Source: an uncultured Candidatus Cloacimonadota bacterium (lineage in GTDB: Bacteria; Cloacimonadota; Cloacimonadia; Cloacimonadales; TCS61). Taken from it: a stretch of DNA of 64,000 nucleotides. A model generated the notes under the pieces. It saw only the letters and a program-made list of their open reading frames with translations. It searched no databases and had not been told where the DNA came from. Both the position numbers and the translations under genes were made by a program. Below, one piece after another: positions 18,476-28,224 of this stretch; position 1 is the first letter of the stretch, and every line of letters begins with the position of its first letter. The DNA lies in contig CAZRXY010000117.1 of the NCBI GenBank assembly GCA_964604155.1, positions 3,945 to 67,944 on the forward strand, written 5' to 3'.

Positions 18476-19558
18476 TTAATTATACCATTTTATATAACTT
18501 CTGATGAATACACGCCAAAGTATGCCAAAATCCATCAGCATATTAGTATAACCGGCATTTGCCAGGGGACACCAGCATTCTTTGTTCTTTATGGAGCGCC
18601 TGTCCAGCTTTGCCAAAGTGCTCTGCCAGATTTTCTTGAAATTATAATCATTTTCTCTCAAATTGCCCCAGGAATTCGCTTTAACGCAGCATGGCCAAAT
18701 ATCGCCTTCCGGTGAAATCTGTACTGATGCTATCCCCGAATAGCACGGGATCACCTGAATCTTATCCCGCATGACCAATTTCACTAAGTGATAGTATTCT
18801 ATCCTGAAAGCCTCAGTGATCTTGGCAATTCCCTTGTATTTTCCGTTTTTTATGCGGTGAATCAAAAAATCTATCGCCGCTTTATATGAAACCAGATCCG
18901 GCGTGATTTCGCTCTCCATTGTATCAAGCTCCACCCGCTGCTCAGCTATCTCGGTAATATAACTGTCAGGCTCGTAACGCATTAATTCACTCGCGATACT
19001 GGAAAATTCTTTTACATTAAAAGACGAGATCACGGTGTGGATACCAATCGATAAATTCTTCGCAGTTATTTTTTTTAACCCCCTAAAGGTTGCTATCACT
19101 TTGTCATAATTGCCCTCTACATTGCGGATGGCATCATGCTGTGCTCCCACTCCATCTATAGAGAGATTGATCACAAACTGGGTGTGAGGGCAATTTTTGG
19201 TCATCGCTTCCACTTGGCTGATGATTGTCTCCGTTAGTATGCCATTTGTGGGAATATTTATGATTCGAGGTCTGCACTGATCATAAGCTGCCTTACAGAT
19301 TTCTGCAATATCTTCACGCAAAAACGGTTCTCCTCCACTAAAAGTAATCCAATATGGCGATTTGCCCAGATGTTTGAAAATTGTCCGGTACTCCGACAAT
19401 GTGAGATTCTTTGCCTTCTTCTTGTATATATTACAGGTGGAACAACGAGAATTGCAACTGTAGAGTAGGCTTATTGTGTAATTTATGGGCATAGGCAGGA
19501 AAAGCCCAGTCGCCCTGGCAATCTTGTATTTGATTATCTTTGGTAGTAATTCCAGCAC
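18476..19558 (-). CDS. Radical SAM protein with SPASM/twitch-like C-terminal domain
   Basis: CNSRCSTC, FSGGEPFLR, LSIDG; C-terminal CYSG...PEGDIWPCC...CWCP. GTG start. Confidence 0.9.
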   Translation of the reverse strand: MLELLPKIIKYKIARATGLFLPMPINYTISLLYSCNSRCSTCNIYKKKAKNLTLSEYRTIFKHLGKSPYWITFSGGEPFLREDIAEICKAAYDQCRPRIINIPTNGILTETIISQVEAMTKNCPHTQFVINLSIDGVGAQHDAIRNVEGNYDKVIATFRGLKKITAKNLSIGIHTVISSFNVKEFSSIASELMRYEPDSYITEIAEQRVELDTMESEITPDLVSYKAAIDFLIHRIKNGKYKGIAKITEAFRIEYYHLVKLVMRDKIQVIPCYSGIASVQISPEGDIWPCCVKANSWGNLRENDYNFKKIWQSTLAKLDRRSIKNKECWCPLANAGYTNMLMDFGILWRVFIRSYIKWYN

Positions 19559-19562
19559 TTTT

Positions 19563-20459
19563 TTATACTTCCCTTTTTATATTTTTACTTGTCCTGGCTA
19601 TGTCCCACTTAAAAGGATTTTTATGTAGTATATGCAAATCCCACCAACCCAAAAATCTGCTTAACGCTTCTATCTTCACTGTCAATATCAAATAAAACAG
19701 TTCTCCAGGATTTTCTGTAAGCTTTTTTAATATTATATTCAAAAGCAGCCCGGAATCCTGGGAGGCTACTGCGTAATTCTGATTTGCCTTCAACCATAAA
19801 TGTCCACTGGCTATCCGCCGCCGCTGACTGATATATTCCTTTAGATTCTCAGGTCCCTTATTATATACTATCGCCTCCGGTTCATATTTTAATTTATACC
19901 CTCTCTCCCTGATCTGTGCCTCTATACTGGCTTCATCTACTGCACTCTCAGAAGGTATGGCTTCTATCACATTTCTAAATGCTATCATCTCACCCAGTTT
20001 TGGTGATCTAAGTGCCATCAAATGATGCATCTCCCATAATATATGAACAAGATGTCCGCTGATGCCCTTCCGCAAATTTTCAGGTACAGGTCTTCCTCCA
20101 CAAGCACCCACGCTGCTGTCTTCGAATGCCGTCACCAGCTTCTCTATCGTATCCTTTGCAGGAAGGGTGTCGCCACTTTCTATGATCAAATATTCACTAG
20201 CGGCAACCTGTAAAAATTTGTTGATAGCTGCAGACTTGCCGTTCCGCTTTTGCTCTACTATCAATTCTATCCTGCTGTCATATTGCATCTCACTCTTCAC
20301 TATCTCATCTGTGCCGTCTTTACTCGCACTCGATACCACAATTATCCTGTCTATCTCTACCCGCTGCAATTCCTGCTTCCGAATCGCCTGCAGTAACCTG
20401 CCTATGTTTTCTGCCTCATTATAGACAATTATCCCTATGGAACAGTGAAAAATATTCAT
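19563..20459 (-). CDS. Glycosyltransferase family 2
   Basis: IIVYNEAENI, SASKDGT, GKSAAIN, ESGDT, VDEA, QRRRI. Confidence 0.9.
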   Translation of the reverse strand: MNIFHCSIGIIVYNEAENIGRLLQAIRKQELQRVEIDRIIVVSSASKDGTDEIVKSEMQYDSRIELIVEQKRNGKSAAINKFLQVAASEYLIIESGDTLPAKDTIEKLVTAFEDSSVGACGGRPVPENLRKGISGHLVHILWEMHHLMALRSPKLGEMIAFRNVIEAIPSESAVDEASIEAQIRERGYKLKYEPEAIVYNKGPENLKEYISQRRRIASGHLWLKANQNYAVASQDSGLLLNIILKKLTENPGELFYLILTVKIEALSRFLGWWDLHILHKNPFKWDIARTSKNIKREV

Positions 20460-20466
20460 ATCCGGT

Positions 20467-20919
20467 TTATTCTATTTCCTTCTTTGTTGAATTCGCAATC
20501 GCATTTAATACCCCATTAACGTATTTACTTGAGCTTTCCGAACAGTAACGCTTTGCTATCTCTATGATCTCATCCATTACTATGGCGGAAGGCGTCTCAG
20601 TATATAATATCTCATAGGTGCCTATCCGCAAAAGTGATCTGTCCGTAACCGCAAGCCTGTCTATGCTCCAGTTCCTGGAATGCTCACCGATCTGAAGGTC
20701 TATCTCTTCTAATTTTAATATGGTATTGCGGATAAGATATTCCGCAAATTCCTGTGCCCGTTCATCTGACTGCTTCTCAAAATCATGCATTATGTCGTTC
20801 AATTTCTCCGGATAATGCTCCAAAAGCTCAAGATTTCCCAATATCTCGTTTTTTTCCGTGTATTCCAAACTGTATAACACTTTGAATGCTATTTCGCGAC
20901 TCTTTCGCCTAAGTCCCAT
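20467..20919 (-). CDS. nusB: Transcription antitermination factor NusB
   Basis: RRKSREIA, NWSIDRLAVTDRSLLR, DEIIEIAKRY, YVNGVL; directly after ribH. Confidence 0.95.
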   Translation of the reverse strand: MGLRRKSREIAFKVLYSLEYTEKNEILGNLELLEHYPEKLNDIMHDFEKQSDERAQEFAEYLIRNTILKLEEIDLQIGEHSRNWSIDRLAVTDRSLLRIGTYEILYTETPSAIVMDEIIEIAKRYCSESSSKYVNGVLNAIANSTKKEIE

Positions 20920-20922
20920 AAA

Positions 20923-21387
20923 CTAAAGCTCTCCCAGCAGATTGCACATCTCTATGGCAGATAAGGCTGCATCCCAACCCTTATTACCTGCTTTTGTGCC
21001 GGAACGCTCTATTGCCTGCTCCAGAGAATCCGTTGTCAATACTCCAAATATCACCGGCTTGCCATGCTTTAGCGAGACCTGAGCAATACCTTTGCTCACT
21101 TCGGCACTCACATAGTTAAAATGAGGGGTGCTCCCCCGTATGACTGCTCCTAAGGCAATAACGGCATCATAATCCTGACCGCATAACTTGTCTGCCACCA
21201 AAGGCATCTCAAATGATCCCGGTACCCAAAATATATCTATCTCTTCTTCCTTTACTCCATGACGAATCAAACAGTCCTCTGCACCGGATAACAACTTGCC
21301 AGTAAACAATTCATTAAACCTGCTCACAATAATAGCATAACGCTTACCACTGCTGATCAATTTTCCTTCCACGGTTCGCATCACCAC
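20923..21387 (-). CDS. ribH: 6,7-dimethyl-8-ribityllumazine synthase
   Basis: [34 protein letters not shown]. Confidence 0.96.
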   Translation of the reverse strand: MVMRTVEGKLISSGKRYAIIVSRFNELFTGKLLSGAEDCLIRHGVKEEEIDIFWVPGSFEMPLVADKLCGQDYDAVIALGAVIRGSTPHFNYVSAEVSKGIAQVSLKHGKPVIFGVLTTDSLEQAIERSGTKAGNKGWDAALSAIEMCNLLGEL

Positions 21388-21591
21388 CCCCTTTGTCTTT
21401 ATTATAATTTCTGAGCCATTAATATTATCTTTTTCTATCAGGCAAGATATTTTTCCGCTAACTTGCTTTTTCTAATCATACCGGTTAATCCCAAAATCCA
21501 AAATTCCGAAATTTACCCCTTAACACGAATTTGTTGACAGAACTTACCACCCGCAGGCAGTGATTCCTATAAAAAATAATAAGGAGTTCTG

Positions 21592-23064
21592 ATGATATAT
21601 ATAGGCGGTGGGTTGAAGGCAGTTTGCCTTTTTATATTTGCTCTATCATTTTCTTCCTGTTCACAAAGCCTCGATCAAAAAATTAATGACTTGATTGAGA
21701 TTGGTGAGCATCAGCAGGCAAGAAATCTGCTCAGTAATGAGGCACCAAATGGATTGCAGCCGGAAAAAATTGCAGTACTGATGATGATGTCCTTTCGTAA
21801 AGAATTTTTTCCTTCCTATACCGAGCAAAATTTCAGATCACCCCTCGAAGGTATCTGGGTCATGTTCCCGGCTAAAGAAATGACCAGCATAGACAGCGTT
21901 CTGAAAATTGCTCAAAATGCTCACGCTGCAAATTTTTGGAATGATGATCTTGCAGGCGAGTACTACTTTCTACTACTCTATTCATTTTACCGCTATAAGT
22001 ATAAATCTCAGGCAGAATATAAAGATGTGTTCTCTGATATTGTTGAGCTTTTGAATGCAGAAAAATCCACCTGCAGCGACCTGGCAGCTTTCTGGAAAAT
22101 ATACGCAAATCAGGGATTCACTATTAATTTCGATTGGCAAATTCTGGATTCTTTCTTTGAAAAGTTTCCGGTTTCTAAATTGGCAAAACTAAAAGAACTT
22201 AAGATGCTTTTTAAAGAAAAAAATGATGATCCATTTTTCATTGATCACAATCTGCTCAGTGATCTGCATCAATTTTCCCTGAGTTACCCCGATCTCGCTG
22301 TCTATGCCGATAGCCTCTTTATTTATCAAAATATCGCTGATATTCTCAATCTTTCAGAATCACCGGGATTCGACAAAGACCAAATAGAAAATTATCTCCG
22401 CTCACTCCTGGCAGAAAACATGAGTACCGCTATTAACCGCTATATTTTATGGGAACTGGGAAAAATTGAACTCGAAAAAGGTAATCAGACTCAAGCCCTT
22501 AATTCACTTAAAAAAATCGTTGACCTTGAACAGGATAAATATAAGAGAACAAAGCTCAATAGAGAACTGGGACACCTCGCCTTTAGAAAAACAAATTTCG
22601 GCTTGGTGATCAGCAGTTTAAGACAAATTGATACTCTTGATCCGGAAGATATGCAAAAATTGTGGATCGCCTATATGGAATTAGATAATGAAATCGAAGC
22701 TGATAAAATTTTTGAAAAACTCGCATCAAAGCTTCCGCCAAAAAATATTGAAATACTGCAAAAACAAAAATATAATTACCAACTGAAAAAACTTATCCTT
22801 TCTGACCTTAATCTCGTCTGGAGCCCGGACGCAGTGACAATTCAAGGCAGTATTAAAAATATCTCCGGTAATATTTATCAAAAAATCACCATATTGCTCT
22901 CACTCGAAGATAAAAATAGCAATACTAAAATAAATAAAGAAATTATGCTGGATAAATTATACCCGAATAAAGAAGATAAATTCAATACCTTTATCAATTT
23001 CCAAGGCAATTATAAAGACACTAAGATTACAGGAAAAGTTATTAATTTTAAAATTGCGTCATAA
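21592..23064 (+). CDS. Hypothetical TPR-like lipoprotein with C-terminal FxLYD-like beta domain
   Basis: Hydrophobic signal ending SFSSC, helical repeats (LGKIELEKGNQTQALNSL), C-terminal IQGSIKNISG...LYP segment. Confidence 0.6.
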   Translation: MIYIGGGLKAVCLFIFALSFSSCSQSLDQKINDLIEIGEHQQARNLLSNEAPNGLQPEKIAVLMMMSFRKEFFPSYTEQNFRSPLEGIWVMFPAKEMTSIDSVLKIAQNAHAANFWNDDLAGEYYFLLLYSFYRYKYKSQAEYKDVFSDIVELLNAEKSTCSDLAAFWKIYANQGFTINFDWQILDSFFEKFPVSKLAKLKELKMLFKEKNDDPFFIDHNLLSDLHQFSLSYPDLAVYADSLFIYQNIADILNLSESPGFDKDQIENYLRSLLAENMSTAINRYILWELGKIELEKGNQTQALNSLKKIVDLEQDKYKRTKLNRELGHLAFRKTNFGLVISSLRQIDTLDPEDMQKLWIAYMELDNEIEADKIFEKLASKLPPKNIEILQKQKYNYQLKKLILSDLNLVWSPDAVTIQGSIKNISGNIYQKITILLSLEDKNSNTKINKEIMLDKLYPNKEDKFNTFINFQGNYKDTKITGKVINFKIAS

Positions 23065-23156
23065 TAAATATCCTGTTATACTTTGCCCGAGCTGAAATCG
23101 AATCACCTCAATCCTCTGCACCCCAATACCCCCCGCTCATATTATAAGAAATCTCT

Positions 23157-23218
23157 CCCCATCCGGACACACCACGCCATAACAAAATAATGTTATGGCG
23201 TGGTGTGTCCGGATGGGG
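23157..23218. repeat. Perfect 28-bp inverted repeat (6-nt loop)
   Basis: CCCCATCCGGACACACCACGCCATAACA-AAATAA-TGTTATGGCGTGGTGTGTCCGGATGGGG. Confidence 0.95.
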
Positions 23219-23276
23219 TGTTGTTGGGCGGTGGTTAGCAGGTTTCCGGGGGATGGGGTGAAGAATCAAAATCTGC

Positions 23277-23303
23277 TTGACACTATGTTAAGCAAGTTAA
23301 AAT
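23277..23303 (+). promoter_or_regulatory. Putative sigma70 promoter of the AOR gene
   Basis: TTGACA at 23277 and TAAAAT at 23298. The spacer is only 15 nt, so the -10 is uncertain. Confidence 0.45.
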
Positions 23304-23419
23304 GGACTTTGTCGCCTTTAGGATTTGCAGCATGATTCCTACCCTTCAGGGATTATCTACCGTCTGCTGAGAGCAGCCGGGGAAGTATGGATTTATAAAT
23401 AAAGATAAAGGAGAATTTC

Positions 23420-25582
23420 ATGGAAGAGAAAGCAAGACACAGATTGCTGAAATCATTTGATTATGAGGTATCACAGCTTCAGCGAGGATATGCCGGCAAG
23501 ACTCTGTATATCAATCTTGATGATAACACAGTGAGAGAGAAGGCGGTGAGTATTGAGATGAAAGAGAAATTTATTGGTGGTAAGGGCTTTGGTTTAAGGC
23601 TGCTTTGGGATGGCACGCGTCCGGAGACCAAGTGGGATGATAATGATAATGAGATAATAATATCCGGGGGACCAATTTGTGGTGTCACGCAGTATGCGGG
23701 CGCGGGTAAAAGTCTGGTGGTATCCATCTCTCCTACTACGGACGTAGTGATAGACAGCAATGTGGGTGGTTATTTTGGACCTTACCTGAAATTCAGTGGT
23801 TATGATGCCATAGAAATCCAGGGCAAGGCAAAAAAGGATGTGATCATCGTAGTAGATGGCACCACCGGCAAAGTAACAATAGAAGAAGCGGGTGATGAGG
23901 CTTATGACAGCCATATTTTGGCAGAAGAGCTCACGGATATGTATTCTGATAGTGATAAGCCAATAGACAAGATGAAGGTGGCGGTAGTGAGTGCGGGTTC
24001 TGCTGCTGCCCACAGTAATATAGGCATGCTCAATTTTAGTTTTTATGATATCCAGAGAAAGGTATGCCGTCTGAAACAAGCTGGTCGTGGTGGCATTGGC
24101 ACAGTATTCCGTGATAAGAAAATCAGGGCAATTGTAGCAAAAAGTCATGGCGTTAAAGGTGATATGAATCATGTAGTGGATATGGATATTATCCAGCAGC
24201 GGGGCAAGAAATTCACGAAAGAAATGAATGATTTTGATGATGAGCAGTGTCAGATGCGAAAAGTGGGGACAGCCCATTTGATGGAGATCATGGATGCTTA
24301 CGACCTGCTGCCCACGCACAATTTCCAGTACGGTTCGGCGAAAGATGTAAAAAAAGATATCAAAAAGATAGATAGTTCCGTATGGACTGCCAAATTCACG
24401 CCACGCAGCAGTGATGGTTGCTGGCTGGGCTGCACAATGGCTTGTGCCAAAGTTGCAGAAGATTTTGCACTTCGCACGGGACCATATAAGGGGAAGGTGG
24501 TTCACGTTGATGGGCCGGAATATGAATCTGCTGCCGGGCTGGGTTCTAATATGGGGATTTTTGATCCTGATTATATTTTGGAATTAAATTTTTATTGTGA
24601 TACTTATGGTATAGATACCATTTCGTTTGGCACAATGACAGCCTTTGCCATGGAATGTTTTGAAAAAGGCATAATCAATAAAGAGATTACGGGTGGTATC
24701 GACCTGCAATTTGGCAATGCAGAAGCCGCCTTGGAATGTATGCACCAGATGGCAAGGGGTGAAGGTTTTGGTCTGATACTGGGAAAAGGCACTAAGCAGA
24801 TGAGCAAAATATTTCATGAGCAGTATGGTGGTGATCTGGCATTTATGCAGGATATCGGCATGCAGAACAAAGGCTTGGAATACAGTCAGTATGTATCCAA
24901 GGAATCACTTGCCCAGCAGGGCGGCTATGCTATGACTAATAAAGGTCCGCAGCATGACGAAGCCTGGCTTATTTTCATGGATATGGTCAATAATCAGATA
25001 CCTACATTTGAAGACAAGGCAGAAGCTTTACATTATTTTCCCATGTTCCGCACCTGGTTCGGTTTGATGGGACTATGTAAATTGCCGTGGAACGATGTGG
25101 AGCCTGCTGACAATGCCGCGACTGATGAGCCGGCAAAAGTGCCGGAGCATGTGGATAACTATGTAGCTATCTACAATGCGGTAACAGGTAATAATATCGA
25201 TAAATTTGAGCTGGTGCGTCAAAGTGAAAGGGTATATAATTTCCAGAGAATATTTAATATCAGAAGGGGTTATGGTCTTAGAAAGCATGATGCCCAGCCT
25301 TACAGGGCTTGCGGTCCTGTCACGGAGAAAGAATATCTCAGCCGAGAGGAGCGTTATGATAAGGAACTTTTGGAAAAGCTCAAACTCGATCCAGCCAGTA
25401 TGAGCATAAAAGAAAAGATGTCTGCTTTGCGTAAATATCGAGAAGACCGTTACGAACAGCTATTGGATGCTGTTTATAATCGGAGAGGCTGGAGCAAAAA
25501 TGGTGTACCCAAAATTGAGCACTTAAAAGACATCGGCATGGACCTTCCCGAGCTCATAGAAGTGATCGCACCTCTGCAATAG
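23420..25582 (+). CDS. Aldehyde:ferredoxin oxidoreductase family (tungstopterin WOR) enzyme
   Basis: FIGGKG, SNVGGYFG..LKFSGYD, QAGRGGIG, CWLGCTMAC, GPEYE, CDTYGIDTIS, GLCK. Confidence 0.92.
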   Translation: MEEKARHRLLKSFDYEVSQLQRGYAGKTLYINLDDNTVREKAVSIEMKEKFIGGKGFGLRLLWDGTRPETKWDDNDNEIIISGGPICGVTQYAGAGKSLVVSISPTTDVVIDSNVGGYFGPYLKFSGYDAIEIQGKAKKDVIIVVDGTTGKVTIEEAGDEAYDSHILAEELTDMYSDSDKPIDKMKVAVVSAGSAAAHSNIGMLNFSFYDIQRKVCRLKQAGRGGIGTVFRDKKIRAIVAKSHGVKGDMNHVVDMDIIQQRGKKFTKEMNDFDDEQCQMRKVGTAHLMEIMDAYDLLPTHNFQYGSAKDVKKDIKKIDSSVWTAKFTPRSSDGCWLGCTMACAKVAEDFALRTGPYKGKVVHVDGPEYESAAGLGSNMGIFDPDYILELNFYCDTYGIDTISFGTMTAFAMECFEKGIINKEITGGIDLQFGNAEAALECMHQMARGEGFGLILGKGTKQMSKIFHEQYGGDLAFMQDIGMQNKGLEYSQYVSKESLAQQGGYAMTNKGPQHDEAWLIFMDMVNNQIPTFEDKAEALHYFPMFRTWFGLMGLCKLPWNDVEPADNAATDEPAKVPEHVDNYVAIYNAVTGNNIDKFELVRQSERVYNFQRIFNIRRGYGLRKHDAQPYRACGPVTEKEYLSREERYDKELLEKLKLDPASMSIKEKMSALRKYREDRYEQLLDAVYNRRGWSKNGVPKIEHLKDIGMDLPELIEVIAPLQ

Positions 25583-25610
25583 AGTAAGTTTTACATTAAT
25601 TGAATAAGTT

Positions 25611-25643
25611 AAAAGAGAAGCTGGTATCCGGCTTCTCTTTTTT
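25611..25643. terminator. Bidirectional Rho-independent terminator
   Basis: AAAAGAGAAGCTGG-tat-CCGGCTTCTCTTTTTT between convergent genes. Confidence 0.85.
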
Positions 25644-25694
25644 ATAGTATTTGATTTTGGGATTTTTTTGATACAGCTTTCTTACTACAGGAAA

Positions 25695-26720
25695 TCAAAT
25701 GCCCAGGATAATTCCTGAAAGCCCTATGACCAGTCCGACAATCAGATTAATCAATTTCACTGCAATAAAGCCTTTTTTACTCTCAGCCAGCATAGGGATC
25801 ATACCGTGTCCATCCTGGACGATAGAATTTGCCAGTAAGATACTGAAGGGGATATTTCCGCTAATAAATAAGCTGACAAATATCAGATGCGGTCCCGATT
25901 CCGGAATTAGTCCTACCAGTACGGCTACCAATAAAATTGTAATTATATTAGCATCTATCCAGGTATTGATATCAATATAGTCCATAAGCAGATGGATCAC
26001 CAGTAAAGTGCCAAAAGTCCAGCAGAATATCCGCGGAATGTGAATCCTCACGATATGTTCCCAGAGATGCTCAGAAAGAAAGTGTTCCGGCACAGTGATG
26101 ACAATGAGAAGCGATATCAGGGCAGTGATCAGGACAGTAGTTTTCATCCAGTCTTTCATATCGCCCGCAATAACGCCGGAGAATATTGCAATCATCATCA
26201 GCGAGATTAAAATGATCAGCAGGACGCGTTGCATAGAGGGATGTTTTATATGCGAAAAAAAGCCATTATGTGGAATACAATCACATTTTTCTTCCTTATG
26301 AATTGGCAGATTTTCAAATTTATTAAGTTCAGATAATTTTGGGAAGATTTTATCAGTGAGAATGCCGGCGATAATACCGATAAAAAATGTAATGCCGATA
26401 ATAATGAGAGCCTGTTGCGGAATTGCTGCCAGCATAACGAATGCTTCATCTCCACTTGTGGCGATCATAGCGGCGACTACTGCGCCCATAGACACAATCC
26501 CGTGCGAGAAAAGCGTAACCACTGTGAAAGCACCCAGACATCCTGGAACCGCCCCTAAAGCGGCGGCGAACACATATTGCAGGATGTCGTTACGGTTAAA
26601 GAGATTCTGCCACATCCCTTTAGTCTGCACGTTTATATACTCTATCACCAGCATCATAACAAAGACAAAGCCCGTGATTATACCAGCATGACGTAAAACC
26701 TCAATTACAATTTCTGCCAT
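25695..26720 (-). CDS. Putative metal (Mn/As) transporter, DUF2899-like permease
   Basis: LGAVPGCLGAF, IATSGDEAFVML, GLIPESGPH, NSIVQDGHG; many TM helices. Confidence 0.75.
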   Translation of the reverse strand: MAEIVIEVLRHAGIITGFVFVMMLVIEYINVQTKGMWQNLFNRNDILQYVFAAALGAVPGCLGAFTVVTLFSHGIVSMGAVVAAMIATSGDEAFVMLAAIPQQALIIIGITFFIGIIAGILTDKIFPKLSELNKFENLPIHKEEKCDCIPHNGFFSHIKHPSMQRVLLIILISLMMIAIFSGVIAGDMKDWMKTTVLITALISLLIVITVPEHFLSEHLWEHIVRIHIPRIFCWTFGTLLVIHLLMDYIDINTWIDANIITILLVAVLVGLIPESGPHLIFVSLFISGNIPFSILLANSIVQDGHGMIPMLAESKKGFIAVKLINLIVGLVIGLSGIILGI

Positions 26721-26921
26721 ACAAACCTCTAAATCTTTAAGAAAACAAAATAAACTGTATTGCTGAGAAAGGCAAACTAAAATTTTTGCGGGAGTGCAAA
26801 ATTGATGCTAAACCGGGCATCTCCTCCGTAACCGCCTTTGAGCCAGAAAAATTCTTTGACATAATTAAATGAGGAGGAATTTTAGTTAGGGAAAGAAATA
26901 AAGAGAATAAAGGAGTATTTT

Positions 26922-27125
26922 ATGGCGAGAATGACGGTTGATCCCAATTACTGTAAGGGTTGCGGACTATGCATTGCAGCCTGTCCCAAGAAGATCATCA
27001 GATTTTCTGAAAAGATTAATATTAAAGGTTATCATTATGCAGAGTGTTTTGATCAGGAAGCGTGTATAGCCTGTAAGATGTGTTATACAACCTGTCCTGA
27101 TGTGGCAATAACGATAGAGAAATAA
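26922..27125 (+). CDS. 2x[4Fe-4S] ferredoxin-like delta subunit of 2-oxoacid oxidoreductase (VorD-like)
   Basis: CKGCGLCIAACP and CIACKMCYTTCPD. Confidence 0.9.
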   Translation: MARMTVDPNYCKGCGLCIAACPKKIIRFSEKINIKGYHYAECFDQEACIACKMCYTTCPDVAITIEK

Positions 27126-27134
27126 GGGGGAACG

Positions 27135-28217
27135 ATGACAGAAAAAGTATTAATGAAAGGAAATGAGGCAGTAGCGGAGGCGGCAATACGAGCAGGATGC
27201 CGTTTGTACTTTGCATATCCCATCACTCCCCAGAGCGAATTGATAGAATATATGGCAAGAATGATGCCCAAAAATAATGGAACATTTGTCCAGGCAGAAA
27301 GCGAAATAGCCGCGATAAATATGGTATATGGAGCTTCAGGCTGTGGCAGGCGGGTGATGACGTCTTCTTCATCACCGGGGATAGCCCTTAAGCAGGAAGG
27401 CATTTCTTATCTGGCGGGGGCAAATTTGCCTGCAGTGATCGTAAATGTAATGCGTGGCGGTCCTGGTCTTGGAGATATTCAGCCGGCGCAGGGTGATTAT
27501 TTTCAGGCGACTCGTGGGGGTGGAAATGGTGATTATTACACACCGGTATTAGCGCCCAGTACGGTACAGGAATTTGCAGATATGGCAGATTTGGCATTTG
27601 AGCTGGCAGATAGATATCGCAATCCTGTATTAATCCTCTCAGATGGTTTACTGGGTCAGATGATGGAGCCTGTGGAATTTAAACCTGCCAAAACGGCAGA
27701 AGAGCTGGATGCATTGAATAATCAGCATTTAGAATGGTGCTGCCACCCTAATGAAGACGAGCCAAATCACCATCATCATGAGATAAATTCTCTGGAGATA
27801 GACCCCGTAGTACTTGAGCAGCACGTACTTAAGCTGGGCAGGAAATACGATAAAATCCGGGAAAACGAACAGCGTTGGGAAGATTACAATATTAATGAAG
27901 ATAATGAAATACTGGTAGTAGCCTTTGGCACTGCCTCCAGAATATGCAAATCTGCCATAGATGAGCTGAATGAAGCCGGGCATAATATTGGTTTGGTGCG
28001 TCCAATCACAGTGTGGCCCTATCCTTATAAGGCAGTTGCTGATGCAGTAGGGAAAAACGTGAAGAAAGTGATCGTCTTTGAATTGAATCTTGGTCAGATG
28101 GTTGAGGACGTGAAGCTGGCAGTTAATGGCAGGGTACCTGTGGATTTCATGGGAAAAGTGGGAGGTATACTATTTTCCACGGACGAAGTGAAAGCCAAAA
28201 TCGAAGAGAATTTATAG
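27135..28217 (+). CDS. vorB: 2-oxoisovalerate/2-oxoacid:ferredoxin oxidoreductase alpha subunit (VorB-type)
   Basis: MKGNEAVAEAA, YPITPQSE, QAESEIAA, TSSSSPG, RGGPGLG.IQPAQGDY. Confidence 0.85.
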   Translation: MTEKVLMKGNEAVAEAAIRAGCRLYFAYPITPQSELIEYMARMMPKNNGTFVQAESEIAAINMVYGASGCGRRVMTSSSSPGIALKQEGISYLAGANLPAVIVNVMRGGPGLGDIQPAQGDYFQATRGGGNGDYYTPVLAPSTVQEFADMADLAFELADRYRNPVLILSDGLLGQMMEPVEFKPAKTAEELDALNNQHLEWCCHPNEDEPNHHHHEINSLEIDPVVLEQHVLKLGRKYDKIRENEQRWEDYNINEDNEILVVAFGTASRICKSAIDELNEAGHNIGLVRPITVWPYPYKAVADAVGKNVKKVIVFELNLGQMVEDVKLAVNGRVPVDFMGKVGGILFSTDEVKAKIEENL

Positions 28218-28224
28218 GAGGAAA

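Noticed and set aside
18476-19558. RiPP maturase
   Set aside because: No precursor peptide, RRE/PqqD domain or transporter adjacent; neighbouring genes are packed with no room for one.
23355-23390. TPP riboswitch (GCTGAGAG)
   Set aside because: No downstream ACCTGA...GCGTAGGGA elements.
26760-26850. c-di-GMP-I (GGCAAAC...GATGC) or yybP-ykoY Mn riboswitch near the metal transporter
   Set aside because: No GNRA loop/receptor or GGGGAGTAG core. The apparent promoters of both flanking genes (TTGCCT-17-TATTTT on the minus strand; TTGACA at 26856) would leave this stretch outside either transcript.
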